IMG/VR virus record: IMGVR_UViG_3300028131_000005
Span: 1 to 64,000 of that record
Direction: 5' to 3' (one strand)
Length of the DNA: 64,000 nt
From: a virus
In this document: piece by piece, positions 62,695-64,000 of the stretch
Layout of the letters: the number at the start of each line of letters is the position of its first letter
How positions within the stretch are numbered: position 1 is the first letter of the stretch
Made by a program: the position numbers and the translations under genes
Notes under the pieces: model-generated
Database searches by the model: none
Told to the model about the DNA's origin: nothing
Seen by the model: the letters and a program-made list of their open reading frames with translations, nothing else

Positions 62695-64000
62695 TCAATT
62701 AACTACTATCTTCTGAATTACAATGTTTTCTTTTATAATCATATAGATTCCAGTAGAAAGTTTATCAGGATTAACCTCTTGACCCATCATGTTTATTATT
62801 TTAAGATTTTCTTCTTTAATAGTCTTTAAAACATTAGCCGGAGTACCTTCTCCATTAGATATGATTATTGCACTTGCATCTGAGTTTGAATCTATTTGAG
62901 CATCTGGTTTAGATATGATAATGACGTCATCTATTGGTGATATTCCACCTTGTGAATTTTCAATATCTAAGTTTCTTTGAACTTGAGAAACTGCGTATCC
63001 TGCATTTAATCTTCCAGCTCCCATTTGCCCTATATAATCAGGGTTTAAATCGTCTATATTTCTTGCAGTGAATCTTAGTATACTATCAATTTCTTCATTA
63101 GTTATTGTAGGGTCTAAAGAAAGCATAAGACCAACTGTACCTGTAACCATAGGAGCAGCATAAGAAGTTCCGCTTCCGAATAGATACCAGTTAGGTGCTG
63201 CAGATAAAGGTACTACATAACCAGGAGCCATTAAATCTACACTTGCATTATGTTGGTGAGTTCCACCACTTCCATAAGTATTCCAGTGTTTATCATCAGC
63301 ACCAACACTAGATACTGCGAATACATTTTCGAATGCTGCTGGGTAAACAAGAGCTTCAGAACCTCCACATGTTGAACCATTTCCGGCAGCTGCAACTAAA
63401 AATGTACCATTATCATATATTTCATTCATTGCGTCTTGAATATATTGATTGAACGTACATCCGCTAGTCCAACTCATATTTATAACTCTGTAACCTGAAT
63501 ATGAAGCTTCTAGAACTTCATTGTAGTTCATTCTATAAAGTGCAAGTTTAGAATTGTAACCATGGCTGGCAAGTCCTAAACCATTGGCATTAAGTGGGTT
63601 ATTGGTATTTCCAGCAGCAAGAATAGCAACTGCAGTACCATGACCTTGACTAGATGTATTTGTGTTATCATAATGAACTACCTTTCCTACAATTTCTTCG
63701 TGATTTACAAAGTAATTTTGATCAGATATTGCAACAGTTGCAGAATCTCCTTTTGAGAAATTCCAAGCCTGCGCAGCGTTTGTTAATTTTAAAGGCCAGT
63801 GAGACCAATATCCAGGATCTGTTGGTGCTACTCCGTAATTATTAAATACCCCATAATCTATAGGTTCTTCTAATGATTTGTAATTAGGTCCAAATTCAAC
63901 TCCTTTGATTCCTTGCATTTCTACCATACTTACATAAAGGTCATTTACGTCACAGTCACATTTAATTTCATAAACATTTAGAAGTCTTTCATTTCTAGAT
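62695..64000 (-). CDS. subtilisin-like (S8) serine protease with T9SS-type C-terminal sorting domain; 5' end lies beyond the window
   Basis: VAISD, GHGTAVA, AAAGN, GTSYAAPMV; C-terminus KIINMMGQEV....LSTGIYMI....QKIVVN; frame stays open from 63927 to 64000. Confidence 0.85.
   Translation of the reverse strand, partial: SRNERLLNVYEIKCDCDVNDLYVSMVEMQGIKGVEFGPNYKSLEEPIDYGVFNNYGVAPTDPGYWSHWPLKLTNAAQAWNFSKGDSATVAISDQNYFVNHEEIVGKVVHYDNTNTSSQGHGTAVAILAAGNTNNPLNANGLGLASHGYNSKLALYRMNYNEVLEASYSGYRVINMSWTSGCTFNQYIQDAMNEIYDNGTFLVAAAGNGSTCGGSEALVYPAAFENVFAVSSVGADDKHWNTYGSGGTHQHNASVDLMAPGYVVPLSAAPNWYLFGSGTSYAAPMVTGTVGLMLSLDPTITNEEIDSILRFTARNIDDLNPDYIGQMGAGRLNAGYAVSQVQRNLDIENSQGGISPIDDVIIISKPDAQIDSNSDASAIIISNGEGTPANVLKTIKEENLKIINMMGQEVNPDKLSTGIYMIIKENIVIQKIVVN

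Noticed and set aside
243-63845. Many short antisense or out-of-frame ORFs in the track (e.g. 243..455-, 12417..12806-, 18458..19117-, 52869..53336-, 55694..56020-, 63654..63845+)
   Set aside because: They lie inside long, motif-bearing genes and have the composition expected of reverse-strand or frame shadows; no independent promoter or protein motif.
1-64000. Stop-codon recoding (alternative genetic code), as in some large Bacteroidota phages
   Set aside because: Core genes (terminase, sheath, ligase, NAMPT) are full length in the standard code, and TAA, TAG and TGA all end genes at sensible positions.

Overview
This 64 kb window is an AT-rich fragment of a large T4-like (myovirus, probably jumbo) phage genome. 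It is almost entirely + strand and uses the standard genetic code. The host is probably a Bacteroidota/Flavobacteriia: translation starts are A-rich with no Shine-Dalgarno, and the window carries a Hc1-like protein and a T9SS-type C-terminal sorting signal. Replication genes include a clamp loader, a 5'-3' exonuclease/RNase H, an ATP-dependent ligase and Gmk. The morphogenesis block runs neck gp14-like, terminase small and large, sheath, tube, gp26/gp51-like, tape measure. Accessory genes include a Prs-like + NAMPT-like pair (NARP1-type NAD+ reconstitution), an ECF-type sigma factor, a glycosyltransferase-like + triple sulfotransferase cassette, tRNA-Ala(UGC) with no encoded CCA, a CCA-adding-type enzyme and lysis enzymes. 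Three recurrent upstream motifs look like early, middle and late promoter classes. The most striking signal is at about 41-62 kb. Two large ORFs (668 and 1142 aa) are strings of unrelated small modules joined by a repeated E-S-(x)-V-N-E / (H)LxxxExFxxE linker. The same motif, which resembles the T4 capsid-targeting sequence MKTYQEFIAE and the prohead-protease Glu cleavage site, is the N-terminal leader (once a C-terminal tag) of several neighbouring enzymes. I infer a modular, capsid-packaged, protease-processed polyprotein cargo system. Family assignments come from motif recognition only; no database searches were run.
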